Below are positions 48,212 through 57,973 of a stretch of 64,000 nt of DNA, one piece after another (within the stretch, counting starts at the first letter, position 1; each line of letters starts with the position of its first letter). Both the position numbers and the translations under genes were made by a program. The notes under the pieces are model-generated. The model made no database searches, was not told where the DNA came from, and was given only the letters and a program-made list of their open reading frames with translations. Source of the stretch: Candidatus Binatia bacterium (GTDB taxonomy: Bacteria > Desulfobacterota > Binatia > Bin18). The DNA lies in contig OY761159.2 in NCBI GenBank assembly GCA_963664395.2, positions 768,001-832,000 of the forward strand, read 5' to 3'.

Positions 48212-49801
48212 TCAGGCCCCTCCTTCCTTCTCAAACCCACACCCCAAGCCCGTTCTGCCAACTTTGCGTCGGACTTCGTCGAGCGAGAGACGGAAATACA
48301 CAGGACGGTTGTGGGCGCAGGCGTGGGGGTTGGTCGTTTGGGTCCAGGCGTTGAGGAGACGGCCTTGCGCTTCGCGGTCGAGGAGCTGGCCGGCTTTGAT
48401 TGCCCCCAGACACGACAGCGATTGATGCATGTCTTCTTTTTGATTGCGCACGCGCGTGACAAGTCGTGAGAAGGTCAGCCCGGACGTTCTGGGATCAAGA
48501 AAGTCGGGGATCGCACGCAGAGCCAGTACGTGCGGGCCAAAGAGTTCGGCGCTAAAGCCGCCCGCTGCAAACGCTTCAGCCTGGTCGTCAAAGAACGCAT
48601 GTTCTTCGGCTGAGAGCTGGACGACTTGAGGCGAGATGAGGGATCGACTCTGAACCTGTCCGTTTTGAAGCCGTTCGTACAGCACGCGCTCTTCGGCGGC
48701 GTGCTGGTCCAGCAGATACAAATGTCCTTCAGACAAGGTCAGTAAAAACGTGTCTTCTATTTGACCAACGAGAGAGAAGCCGTTGTTCTGGTCTTCTCCA
48801 TATGACACCCCATCTTCGGCAACATATGGCGTCGAGAGCCAGCTTGGGACGGATCGACGTTGGAGGCCACCTCGGACCAGATCATACACACTTGGATCGT
48901 CTCGAAAACGCACTTCAGCCTTGGCGGGATGGATATTCACATTAAGTTGGGACGGGTGCAATTCGACAAACAGACACACCATGCCGCCGTCGTTCCCCGA
49001 GGTATCCCGCACAACGCGATAGAGCGTAGCATTGCGCACTGAACGTCGATTGACAAAAAAGTAGTAGCGACGGCGCCAGGCTTCCTCTTGCGTCACAAGA
49101 AATCCCCACGCGCGTCCATTCAGACCCGTGTTCTCAAACTCCTCCATGCGGGAGGCTGTTTCGTGGCCAAAGCAAGCAGCCACACGCTCCTGGAGCGAGA
49201 CAGACGGGAAGTTGTAGACCTCGCGGCCATCAAAGGAGAGCGAGAGGGTTTTTTCGGGAAACGCCAGGGCAAAGCGCGTGAACACCCCCATGATGTGGCC
49301 GTACTCAGTCCGCAAACTGCGCATGAACTGGAGCCGGACGGGCGTATTGTAAAACAGGTCATAGACCTCGACACTGGTCCCAACTGGTGCTCCGGCCTCT
49401 TGAACGGGACTGAGTTCGCCGCCTTCACTCTTTACCTCAGCTCCCAACGTCGCATTGTGTGGACGACTCAGAATCCGTACCCGCGAGATCGCGGCAATGC
49501 TGGGTAACGCCTCCCCACGAAAGCCAAAGGTCTGTACGCGCGCAAGGTCTTGGTCATGCTGAATCTTACTTGTGGCAAACCGCTCACACGCCAGTGCCAC
49601 TTCGTCTGCCGCCAAGCCGGCACCATTATCAATCACCCGAATCAGCCGCCGCCCGGCCTCCTCAACCTCCACCCTGACGGTGCTTGCCCCCGCATCAAGG
49701 GCATTCTCCATGAGTTCTTTAACAACACTGGCGGGCCGCTCAATAACCTCACCAGCGGCGATCTTTTGCTGTACATCAGGGGGAAGGATACGGATAGGCA
49801 T
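48212..49801 (-). CDS. mutL: DNA mismatch repair endonuclease MutL (compact)
   Basis: IAAGEVIERPASVVKELMENALDAGA, GFRGEAL, NIHPAK, DQHAAEER, CAHNRP. Confidence 0.92.
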   Translation of the reverse strand: MPIRILPPDVQQKIAAGEVIERPASVVKELMENALDAGASTVRVEVEEAGRRLIRVIDNGAGLAADEVALACERFATSKIQHDQDLARVQTFGFRGEALPSIAAISRVRILSRPHNATLGAEVKSEGGELSPVQEAGAPVGTSVEVYDLFYNTPVRLQFMRSLRTEYGHIMGVFTRFALAFPEKTLSLSFDGREVYNFPSVSLQERVAACFGHETASRMEEFENTGLNGRAWGFLVTQEEAWRRRYYFFVNRRSVRNATLYRVVRDTSGNDGGMVCLFVELHPSQLNVNIHPAKAEVRFRDDPSVYDLVRGGLQRRSVPSWLSTPYVAEDGVSYGEDQNNGFSLVGQIEDTFLLTLSEGHLYLLDQHAAEERVLYERLQNGQVQSRSLISPQVVQLSAEEHAFFDDQAEAFAAGGFSAELFGPHVLALRAIPDFLDPRTSGLTFSRLVTRVRNQKEDMHQSLSCLGAIKAGQLLDREAQGRLLNAWTQTTNPHACAHNRPVYFRLSLDEVRRKVGRTGLGCGFEKEGGA

Positions 49802-49868
49802 GATTATGGTTCTACAAATTGAGGCATGGGATACACCCGATAAAAGAGCCGGAGCGGGTATGGAACGC

Positions 49869-52490
49869 CTACTCTTTGTCCTCTCCCCCCTCAGCCACCC
49901 GCTGTAATTCGGCCACCAACAGCAGCGCATCAATTGGGGTTGTCCGCAGTGGGTCAACCTGGGCCAGACGATCTAATACGGCCTGGCCGAGTTGCGGCCG
50001 GGGCCGTCGTATGTGTTCCGATATCTGTTGCTGGCCACTGGAAGGGGGCTGCTGCGCTTCAAGCCCGGCGACTGCTTCAAACTCAGCTACCAGGGTCTTG
50101 GCCCGCTCAACAACATTGGGCGGCAGACCTGCGAGCTTTGCCACATAGAGGCCATAGCTCTTTTGGGCTGCTCCGGGCACGACCTTGTACAGAAAGGTGA
50201 CCTCGTCCTGCTTCTCACGCACGTCAAGCCGCGCGTTGGCCACTCCGGGCAAAGCGTCTGCAATCGGCGCCAGCTCATGATAATGGGTTGTGAACAGGGT
50301 CTTGGCTTGGAGGCGCGTGGCGAGTTCTTCCGCCACAGCCTGTGCAATGGCACGGCCATCCGTTGTCCCGGTCCCCCGGCCGACTTCATCAAGAATCACC
50401 AGACTCCGCTCGGTTGCATGTTTGAGGATATTCGCGGTCTCCATCATTTCGACCATAAAGGTGGATAACCCCTGGGCCAGAAAATCCGCCGCCCCGACAC
50501 GGGTAAAGATGCGGTCCACGACCCCAATGGTGGCAGCCTGAGCGGGAATGAAGCTGCCCATCTGGGCCAACAGGACAAGCAGGGCGGCCTGGCGCGCATA
50601 GGTACTTTTTCCGGCGGCATTCGGGCCAGTCAGGATCAGGACGTGCCGGCTTGCATCTAATCGCAGATCATTCGGCACGAATTGCGCGTCGCGCATGTCA
50701 AGGACCGGGTGGCGGCCCTCTTCTATGATCAGCGCGTACTCGTCGTTGACGGCAGGGCGAATCCAGCCGTTCTTCGCGGCCAGCTCCGCCAGGGAAACCA
50801 GCGCGTCGATTGTGCCCATAATGGTCGCTGTGAGCCGGAGCCGCTCAGCCTGGGCGGCCACGTGCTGTCTGAGTTGAGCGAAGAGTTCATACTCTAATTG
50901 ATTGCCACGGTCTGTCGCGGACAACACCTTGGATTCAAAGGCGCGCAGTTCATCCGTGACAAAGCGTTCGGCATTGACTAAGGTTTGGCGGCGGATGTAG
51001 TTTTCGGGAACACGACTGAGCACAGCCTTGGTCACTTCCACGTAATACCCAAAAACTTTATTAAAACCGACCTTGAGGTTGGGAATCTGAGAGCGTGCCC
51101 GCTCTCGTTGTTCATACTCGGCCAGCCAGTCTGTTCCATCGGCCTGAATTGCCCGCAGTTCATCCAGCTCGGCGGAGACGCCGGCCCGAATAAGCCCGCC
51201 CTCTTTGGCAATTGGTTTTGGCTCGTCGACAAGGGTGTGAGTAATCTCAGCGGTCACATCATCCAGCAGGTCGATTTCTTCACAGTACGTCGTCAGCAGA
51301 CGGCTCCCGGTCACAGTCAGTGCAGCGTGGAGTTCCGGTACGCGCACCAGGGCGGATTTCAGCCCTGCCAGGTCTCGCGGGTTGGCAATCGCAGACGTAA
51401 TCCGCGAGGTCAGACGTTCGAGGTCCGGGAGGCCGGAGAGTACACGCCGTAGCTCTGCCCGCACGCCATGCCGGCGGCTCAGTTCGGCAATCGCATCCTG
51501 GCGGGTGTGAATTTCATTGACCGCGCGCAAAGGATGCAGGACCCAGCGCCGCAAGCGCCGCTTGCCCATACGGGTTGTGGTGTGATCCAGCACGGCCAGT
51601 ACGGTTCCATTGGGAGTGCCCTCGAACACATTCTCCACCAGTTCGAGGTTGCGCTGCGTCTGCGGGTCGAGCACGACAAAGGCATCGTGCCGGTACGGCT
51701 CGGGCGCACGTATATGGGGCAGAAACGCGCGCTGCGTTTCCCGCGCATAGGCAAATAACGCTCCGGCCGCGCACAGGGCATGCCGATGGGAGAAAACGAG
51801 ATCGTCAATGCGCTTGCGACTGAATTGCTTGCTGAGTACGGTACGCGCCTGCTCAAAACGAAAAGACGCGGCCGGACGTTCGGTGCGACAGACGTTACGA
51901 CTCCAGCCGTTGTCAGAAGACTCGCCGGCCACACAGACCAATTCTTGCGGTTGGAGCTTCTCCAGCAGGCTGGGCAAATCAGAGACATTCGTTTCGGCAA
52001 CCAGAAACTCAGCCGTCGCCAGGTCCAGACTGGCGACGCCGACGGCATCTTTCTCGGACAACAGGGCAACCAGTGTGCGTTCCTGGCTCTCGGATTCAAA
52101 CAACGTCCCCGGCGTGACAATGCGAACAACATCGCGCGGAATAATACCCTTTCCCTTTTGGGACTCCTCGAGCTGTTCACACACCGCAACCTTATAGCCT
52201 TTCTCGACCAGCCTGGTGAGATACGGCTCCAGGCGATAATGCGGCACCCCGCACATGGGGACCTTTTCGCTCCCTTTCCCATGCGGGCGGGCGGTCAGGA
52301 CAATGTCCAATTCACGTGCCGCCACTGCCGCGTCGTCAAAAAACATCTCGTAGAAGTCACCGAAACGGTAGAACAGGAGTTCATCTTTGTACTGTTCCTT
52401 GACCTGCCAATACTGCTCCATCATGTCGGTTTCTCGTGCTGCCGCTCGTGGGGTAGATGGAGAAGGGTGAGAGGTATTCTTTTTTGCCAT
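49869..52490 (-). CDS. mutS: DNA mismatch repair protein MutS
   Basis: GDFYEMF, PMCGVP, TPGT, GPNAAGKS, STFMVEM, DEVGRGT, THYHEL, SYGLYVA. Confidence 0.95.
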   Translation of the reverse strand: MAKKNTSHPSPSTPRAAARETDMMEQYWQVKEQYKDELLFYRFGDFYEMFFDDAAVAARELDIVLTARPHGKGSEKVPMCGVPHYRLEPYLTRLVEKGYKVAVCEQLEESQKGKGIIPRDVVRIVTPGTLFESESQERTLVALLSEKDAVGVASLDLATAEFLVAETNVSDLPSLLEKLQPQELVCVAGESSDNGWSRNVCRTERPAASFRFEQARTVLSKQFSRKRIDDLVFSHRHALCAAGALFAYARETQRAFLPHIRAPEPYRHDAFVVLDPQTQRNLELVENVFEGTPNGTVLAVLDHTTTRMGKRRLRRWVLHPLRAVNEIHTRQDAIAELSRRHGVRAELRRVLSGLPDLERLTSRITSAIANPRDLAGLKSALVRVPELHAALTVTGSRLLTTYCEEIDLLDDVTAEITHTLVDEPKPIAKEGGLIRAGVSAELDELRAIQADGTDWLAEYEQRERARSQIPNLKVGFNKVFGYYVEVTKAVLSRVPENYIRRQTLVNAERFVTDELRAFESKVLSATDRGNQLEYELFAQLRQHVAAQAERLRLTATIMGTIDALVSLAELAAKNGWIRPAVNDEYALIIEEGRHPVLDMRDAQFVPNDLRLDASRHVLILTGPNAAGKSTYARQAALLVLLAQMGSFIPAQAATIGVVDRIFTRVGAADFLAQGLSTFMVEMMETANILKHATERSLVILDEVGRGTGTTDGRAIAQAVAEELATRLQAKTLFTTHYHELAPIADALPGVANARLDVREKQDEVTFLYKVVPGAAQKSYGLYVAKLAGLPPNVVERAKTLVAEFEAVAGLEAQQPPSSGQQQISEHIRRPRPQLGQAVLDRLAQVDPLRTTPIDALLLVAELQRVAEGGEDKE

Positions 52491-52803
52491 TGTGTCCGCC
52501 GGTTCCTCCTTCGAAAGCAGGCCCTCGACTCTACCACAGGTTTCTGCACCCGTCGTCTGCACGTCGTTGCTCCCCCGACCTTCCCGAGCGTCAGGTAAAG
52601 TGTGGAGTGGATGAACATTCAGCTTCTGTATGAAACAAAAAACCGGATTGTTTTGGAAAAACAACGCTTTCCGTCACCTATGTGACACCCGTCATCTTGT
52701 ACATCCTTGTCACGCCTCCTATCGTGACCGCTGGAATCGATACTCACCTACACTTCTCTTTCCCCACCCTGTCGGGACCAGCTCATAGAAGGAGGGCGTT
52801 CGC

Positions 52804-53205
52804 ATGGACAAAACTGAAGGGACACAGAATTTTGATCCGCTCCGGACCTGGCGCGAATGGTACCAAAAGTCGGAGAAGCAATGGAGCGACGCGTTGTCGG
52901 GTATCCTGGGCAATGATCAGTTTGCCCAAACCACGGGCAAGTATGTCCAAGAAGCCATGCACCTGCATCGCATGTTCACCGAATCCATGGCCCAATACTT
53001 GGCCGCCCTCAACCTCCCATCCCGCACAGATATCACCGCGTTGAGCGACCGGGTCGGCGAACTCGAAGATACCGTGGCCGGACTCCAAGTTGAGGTCCGG
53101 CATGTACGCCGCTCGCTAGCGGAGCACGATGGCGCGGTTCAAGCTGACGGCGCGCCCGTCCGTCCGAAACGCACCAAGCAGCCCCACACGTGCGAAACCA
53201 ACTAG
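52804..53205 (+). CDS. PHA synthase small subunit (short PhaE/PhaR-like)
   Basis: FDP...WREWY, LAALNLPSRTDI..L..R...LED coiled coil. Directly upstream of phaC. Confidence 0.72.
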   Translation: MDKTEGTQNFDPLRTWREWYQKSEKQWSDALSGILGNDQFAQTTGKYVQEAMHLHRMFTESMAQYLAALNLPSRTDITALSDRVGELEDTVAGLQVEVRHVRRSLAEHDGAVQADGAPVRPKRTKQPHTCETN

Positions 53206-53222
53206 GCAAAAGGACTCAGCCC

Positions 53223-54305
53223 ATGCAACAGGCACAGCAGCTGTCACGCGAAGAGGTTGCAGCAAAGGCGCGGGAAACGGTTGCCCGCGCCATTCAGCGT
53301 AATATCCCCGACCTGCCGTCTCCGGTCGAACTCGACCGTGAGGTCGGCCCTACCCCAAAGGACGTCGTGCACTCAAGGGGCACGATGAAGCTGTATCGCT
53401 ATCGTCCCCTCAGCGATGAGGTGTACCGCGTGCCGGTATTGGTCGTCATGTCCCTGGTCAGCCGGTCGTATATTCTCGATTTGGCCAAGGGCCAGAGCTT
53501 TATCGAATATCTGCTCCTGCAGGGCTTTGACGTCTATCAGATCGACTGGGGTGTGCCGCGGCGTGAACATAAAAATCTCAAGCTGGACGATTATGTGGCC
53601 ACTTCCATCCCTGAGTGTGTCGATGTCGTACGCGAGGATTCAGGTGAGCCCGATGTCTCCATGATTGGCTATTGCTTGGGTGGATTTCTTGCGGTGCTAT
53701 ACGCGGCCCTCTACCCTGACGGTCCACTCAAAAATCTGGTCTGCTTTACCACGCCCATTAATTCAGACGGTATGCCACTCTACCGCACGTGGACCGACCC
53801 GGCCCACTTTGATATCGACCAGATGATCGATAGTCTGGGCAATATCCCCTCCGAACTCATGGATGCCTCGATTCAGATGCTGCGTCCGTTTCAGAAAAGC
53901 GCCGGGCAGATGAAGCTGCTCAACAACGTTGAGAATGAAGCCTTTGTCACTGCCCATTTGCGTTTCGACCGCTGGGCGGCGGATCATATTCCGTTTCCTG
54001 GAGAGACTGCTCGTCAGTTGGTCAACGACTTCATGCGTGGGAATAAAATTGTCCGCAAGGAGCTCGAACTTGATGGCCGCACGGTTGATTTGGCTCAAGT
54101 CAAAATCCCGTTCCTTCATGTTACAGCCCAATTTGACCATATTGTTCCTGCGGCTGCCTCACAGGATCTCGTGAAGTTAGTCGGCAGTGAAGATAAGTCC
54201 GAAATTATTATCAAAGGTGGCCATGTGAGCCTCGTCGCAGGCGGGAATGCGGTCTATCGCTTGTGGCCAAAGCTGGATACCTGGCTGTCGGAGCGTTCAG
54301 TCTGA
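53223..54305 (+). CDS. phaC: class III/IV poly(3-hydroxyalkanoate) synthase subunit PhaC
   Basis: GPTPKDVV, YILDL, IDWG, GYCLGG, DHIVP, GGHVS. Confidence 0.87.
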   Translation: MQQAQQLSREEVAAKARETVARAIQRNIPDLPSPVELDREVGPTPKDVVHSRGTMKLYRYRPLSDEVYRVPVLVVMSLVSRSYILDLAKGQSFIEYLLLQGFDVYQIDWGVPRREHKNLKLDDYVATSIPECVDVVREDSGEPDVSMIGYCLGGFLAVLYAALYPDGPLKNLVCFTTPINSDGMPLYRTWTDPAHFDIDQMIDSLGNIPSELMDASIQMLRPFQKSAGQMKLLNNVENEAFVTAHLRFDRWAADHIPFPGETARQLVNDFMRGNKIVRKELELDGRTVDLAQVKIPFLHVTAQFDHIVPAAASQDLVKLVGSEDKSEIIIKGGHVSLVAGGNAVYRLWPKLDTWLSERSV

Positions 54306-54344
54306 AATCCGGATACACCCCAAAGCCGCACAGAGGAGGAGAGC

Positions 54345-54917
54345 GTGGAAGGTTTTCCCAAAACGGTTACCGTCAGAGATACATCTCTCACCCTGCGTAT
54401 GATGGGCGCGGACGATGGTCCGCTGATGCTCGATTTTGCCCAACAGCTTCCCTACCACGATCTCATGTTTTTACGCCGGGACATCACCAAACAATCATCC
54501 GTAGACCGCTGGCTCAATGATATCGCAAGCGAAAAAATGTATACCCTGCTCGCAGAGAGCGAGACCCAACTCCTGGGCTATGCCACCCTGTATCGGAATG
54601 ACTTTGACTGGTCGCGCCATGTGGCTGAAATCCGTGTGCTGATTTCCCCAAACGCGCGAAAGATGGGGCTGGGCCGACTGCTGACCCGAGAAGCCTTCAA
54701 CGTTGCTCTCTCTTCGGGTATTCAAAAAGTCGCTGCCCGTATGACACTGGATCAAACCGGAGCGCGTACCGTGTTTGAAGAGCTGGGCTTCCGCGCTGAG
54801 GCGATTCTACGCGACGAGGTCAAGGACCGGGCCGGCAAGACGCACGATATTCTGCTCATGGCCAATGATGTTGCTGAATTCCTGGCCCGTGGCGAGGCAT
54901 ACGGATTGCCTCGATAA
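54345..54917 (+). CDS. GNAT family N-acetyltransferase
   Basis: HVAEIRVLISPNARKMGLGRLL, FEELGF. GTG start after GAGGAG. Confidence 0.85.
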   Translation: MEGFPKTVTVRDTSLTLRMMGADDGPLMLDFAQQLPYHDLMFLRRDITKQSSVDRWLNDIASEKMYTLLAESETQLLGYATLYRNDFDWSRHVAEIRVLISPNARKMGLGRLLTREAFNVALSSGIQKVAARMTLDQTGARTVFEELGFRAEAILRDEVKDRAGKTHDILLMANDVAEFLARGEAYGLPR

Positions 54918-55065
54918 GGCCCGAGCCAGTTCTCAAAGAACTCCATACTCCTGACCCAGCACAATTCCGATGCACTGTTTTTTATTATCAAAACCGACTG
55001 TACAAGAGTAGCCAGATCGCTATACTGCTGGGGAGTAATACCGAGTGACAGGGAAGGAGGACAGC

Positions 55066-55899
55066 GTGAAATCAGCATCACACGTAGACGCCCCAATGAA
55101 TTATCTGGATATCGACAGCATGCAGGAAAAGCCGGCCTATTACCTCTATACCCCGCCTACCGGTGTCCCCCAGCGCACTACCAAACAGATTAAACACACC
55201 GTGGCGATTCAGAATGCCCGCGAGCATATTGACGAGATTTCTCTCGATAAGCAGGGTATTACCTTTACCCAGCATGAAACCGCGGTAAAAAACTTCTACG
55301 ACGCTGAAGAAGTCAAGGCTGTCTATTACCCGGAAGTTGTCGAGCTGGTTCAAAAGATCACCGGCGCTGAGAAGGTCCACGTCTTTGATCACAACGTACG
55401 GTGCGCTCCCATGTGTGAACGTGGCGAGAATGGTGCCCGCGAGCCGGTCAAGTTCGCCCACAACGACTACACTATCAAGTCCGGCCCGCAGCGTGTGCGC
55501 GACCTGTTGCCGGAAGAAGAGGCCGAAGAGCGCCTCAAACATCGCTTCGCCGTTATCAACGTATGGCGACCCATCCAAGGTCCGGTGCAAGACACACCGC
55601 TGGCCGTATGTGATGCCGACAGCATGACGCAAGACGACTTTAATGAAACCGATCTGAAATACGAAGATCGGACCGGCGAGGTCTATTCGGTCTCTCACAA
55701 CCCGAACCACCGTTGGTTGTATTTTCCGAATATGGAGCGCGAAGAGGCCGTGCTGCTCAAGTGCTACGACTCGGCCACTGATGGCCGGGCGCGTTTCACC
55801 GCACATTCGGCGTTTGCAGACCCAACGTCTCCACCGGACGCTCCGGCTCGGGAGAGTATTGAGACGCGGACCCTGGTTTTCTTTCCACCTGAAGCCTAG
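55066..55899 (+). CDS. CmcJ/NvfI/AsaB-like oxidoreductase
   Basis: VYYPE, FDHNVR, HNDY, INVWRP, PLAVCD, HSAF, RESIETR. Confidence 0.82.
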   Translation: MKSASHVDAPMNYLDIDSMQEKPAYYLYTPPTGVPQRTTKQIKHTVAIQNAREHIDEISLDKQGITFTQHETAVKNFYDAEEVKAVYYPEVVELVQKITGAEKVHVFDHNVRCAPMCERGENGAREPVKFAHNDYTIKSGPQRVRDLLPEEEAEERLKHRFAVINVWRPIQGPVQDTPLAVCDADSMTQDDFNETDLKYEDRTGEVYSVSHNPNHRWLYFPNMEREEAVLLKCYDSATDGRARFTAHSAFADPTSPPDAPARESIETRTLVFFPPEA

Positions 55900-56016
55900 A
55901 AATCAGTTGACGAACAAAACAAGGGGATCTTCGGCCCCCCTCACTTTTTCAGCCTCCTCTTCTCAAGCTTCTCCACCGCCAGACACGACAAACCATTTTA
56001 CAGCAAGGAGGACTCT

Positions 56017-57219
56017 ATGGAATTTGGTGTTTTCTACCTTCCCGCGATTGGGAACAAGAGTGAACTGCAAGCAGGCATGGCTGGTCGGCGGACAGACCTG
56101 TACCAACGCATGCTGCGGAATCTGTCCGAACAGGCGCAGTATCTCGATGCGCACGGCTATTATGGCATTGGCTTCACCGAACACCACTTCCATATTGAAG
56201 GCGAAGAAGTTTCGACCAATCCCATCATGCTCGACATGTATCTCGGCATGCAGACCGAGAACATCCGTCTGGGACAACTCGGCCTAGTCCTCCCCTGCCA
56301 AAACCCTATTCGCGTGGCAGAAGACACCGCCATTCTCGACCAAGTGACAAAAGGCCGCGCCTTTGTCGGCTTCGCCCGTGGCTATCAGCCGCGCTGGGTC
56401 AATACCCTGGGTCAGCACTACGATATCCTGGCTGACAACAATACCGATCCGGAACGGTACGAAGAGCTCAAAAAGGAACTCTACCAAGAACATTTTGAGA
56501 TTATTATGAAGGCCTGGACCAACCCGACCTTCAGCCATTCGGGCAAGCACTGGCAGATTCCACCCAAGGATGTCTTCTGGCCGGCTCACAATGTAACCCG
56601 CGAATTTGGCCAAGGCGTAGATGACAAAGGTATTCTGACCGAGATTGGCACCGTGCCCGAACCGTATCAGAAACCGCACCCGCCCCTCTTTCAGCCTTTT
56701 AGCTTTTCAGAGTCCTCGGTTCGCTGGGCGGCCCAGCACAACGTCACTCCACTGACTATCGTCTGTGACCCGGATATCTGCGCGGGCCAGTTCCGAGCCT
56801 GTCAGGCGGGTGCGGCTGAAGTCGGCAAGAATTTAGACTTCGGTCAAGGCGTCGGCCTGGTACGTGAGGTCATCGTGGCGGACACGGACGAAGAAGCTAT
56901 AGCGCTTGGCAGAGAGAGCGGCTGTTTTATCTGGACCAAGTTCTTTGAGCCGTTCGGCTTTAACGCCGCCCTCATGCGGATCGACGAGGATTACCATACG
57001 ATCCCGAATACGTTCGAGTCCATGGTTGAGCGCGGTCTCACTATTTGTGGCAGCCCGGATACCGTGAACCGCACATTTGAGGCGCTCTTCAAAAAGTTAC
57101 CGGCCGAGTACTTCTGGCTCTACACCTATAATGAGCTCGTGCCGCACAAGAACGTCATGCGCAGCTTCGAGCTGCTGACCGACAAGGTCCTGCCGAATTT
57201 TACGGATAAAATTCAGTAG
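56017..57219 (+). CDS. LLM-class flavin-dependent oxidoreductase (luciferase-like)
   Basis: FTEHHF, NPIRVAED.A.LD, GFARGYQ, PYQKPHPP. Confidence 0.88.
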   Translation: MEFGVFYLPAIGNKSELQAGMAGRRTDLYQRMLRNLSEQAQYLDAHGYYGIGFTEHHFHIEGEEVSTNPIMLDMYLGMQTENIRLGQLGLVLPCQNPIRVAEDTAILDQVTKGRAFVGFARGYQPRWVNTLGQHYDILADNNTDPERYEELKKELYQEHFEIIMKAWTNPTFSHSGKHWQIPPKDVFWPAHNVTREFGQGVDDKGILTEIGTVPEPYQKPHPPLFQPFSFSESSVRWAAQHNVTPLTIVCDPDICAGQFRACQAGAAEVGKNLDFGQGVGLVREVIVADTDEEAIALGRESGCFIWTKFFEPFGFNAALMRIDEDYHTIPNTFESMVERGLTICGSPDTVNRTFEALFKKLPAEYFWLYTYNELVPHKNVMRSFELLTDKVLPNFTDKIQ

Positions 57220-57341
57220 GCAACGCCTGCCCCCTCCTTTGGAGGGGACAGCATATCGGATACCTCCCTACCCCCTCCACGCCTCCATCCCATTGACTGT
57301 ACCGTTCCGCGCCAGTAGTAAGGTTGCGGCGAGGAACAGTG

Positions 57342-57971
57342 ATGGCGCGCATCAATTGTCGGCATTCGTTACACCAGACTTCACACAAAAGGGACTTCCG
57401 GGGCCTCACTCGTCGAGCCCTGCTGACCTGCCTGTTTGGTCTGGGTCTGGGCTTGCCGATTTTTGATCGAGGGACGAACGCGGCGAGAAAAAAAGACCCG
57501 CGCCGTTCGCGGCTAACGCCCGGAGATCAACTGGTGTTTGCCTTTGGTGAGCGGGCCGGGCAGGCAATCACCCCACAAGACATCTCATTCGGCGAGCGCC
57601 CGGAGTTCGCCTATCCCAAGGACCCGGCAACCGACACCGTGCGCAGCCGGTTTCGGCTCAATCAGGTTCTCTTGATCCGGTTGAAGCCAGAAGAGCTGAG
57701 TGAAAAGACGCGCGAGCGCTCGCTGGATGGACTCGTGTGCTATTCGGCAGTGTGTACCCACACGGGTTGTGATGTGTCCGAATGGATCGGACCAACGCAG
57801 CAACTTGTCTGTCCGTGTCATGCCTCGTTCTTTGACCCGAAAAACCAGGGCCGCGTGGTCGGAGGCCCGGCCCCACGGCCATTGGCGACCCTTCCCCTGG
57901 AAGTGAGAGACGGGCTCCTGACTGTCAAAGGACCGTTTATCGGCAAAGTTGGCTTTAAGAAAAAGAAATAA
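57342..57971 (+). CDS. Rieske 2Fe-2S protein (QcrA/PetC-like), probable Tat export
   Basis: TRRALL, CTHTGC, CPCHAS, GGPAPRPL. Confidence 0.88.
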   Translation: MARINCRHSLHQTSHKRDFRGLTRRALLTCLFGLGLGLPIFDRGTNAARKKDPRRSRLTPGDQLVFAFGERAGQAITPQDISFGERPEFAYPKDPATDTVRSRFRLNQVLLIRLKPEELSEKTRERSLDGLVCYSAVCTHTGCDVSEWIGPTQQLVCPCHASFFDPKNQGRVVGGPAPRPLATLPLEVRDGLLTVKGPFIGKVGFKKKK

Positions 57972-57973
57972 GG

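Noticed and set aside
55922-55950. Possible terminator GGGGATC-TTCG-GCCCCCC
   Set aside because: The stem has two mismatches and the U-tract is offset, too weak to call.
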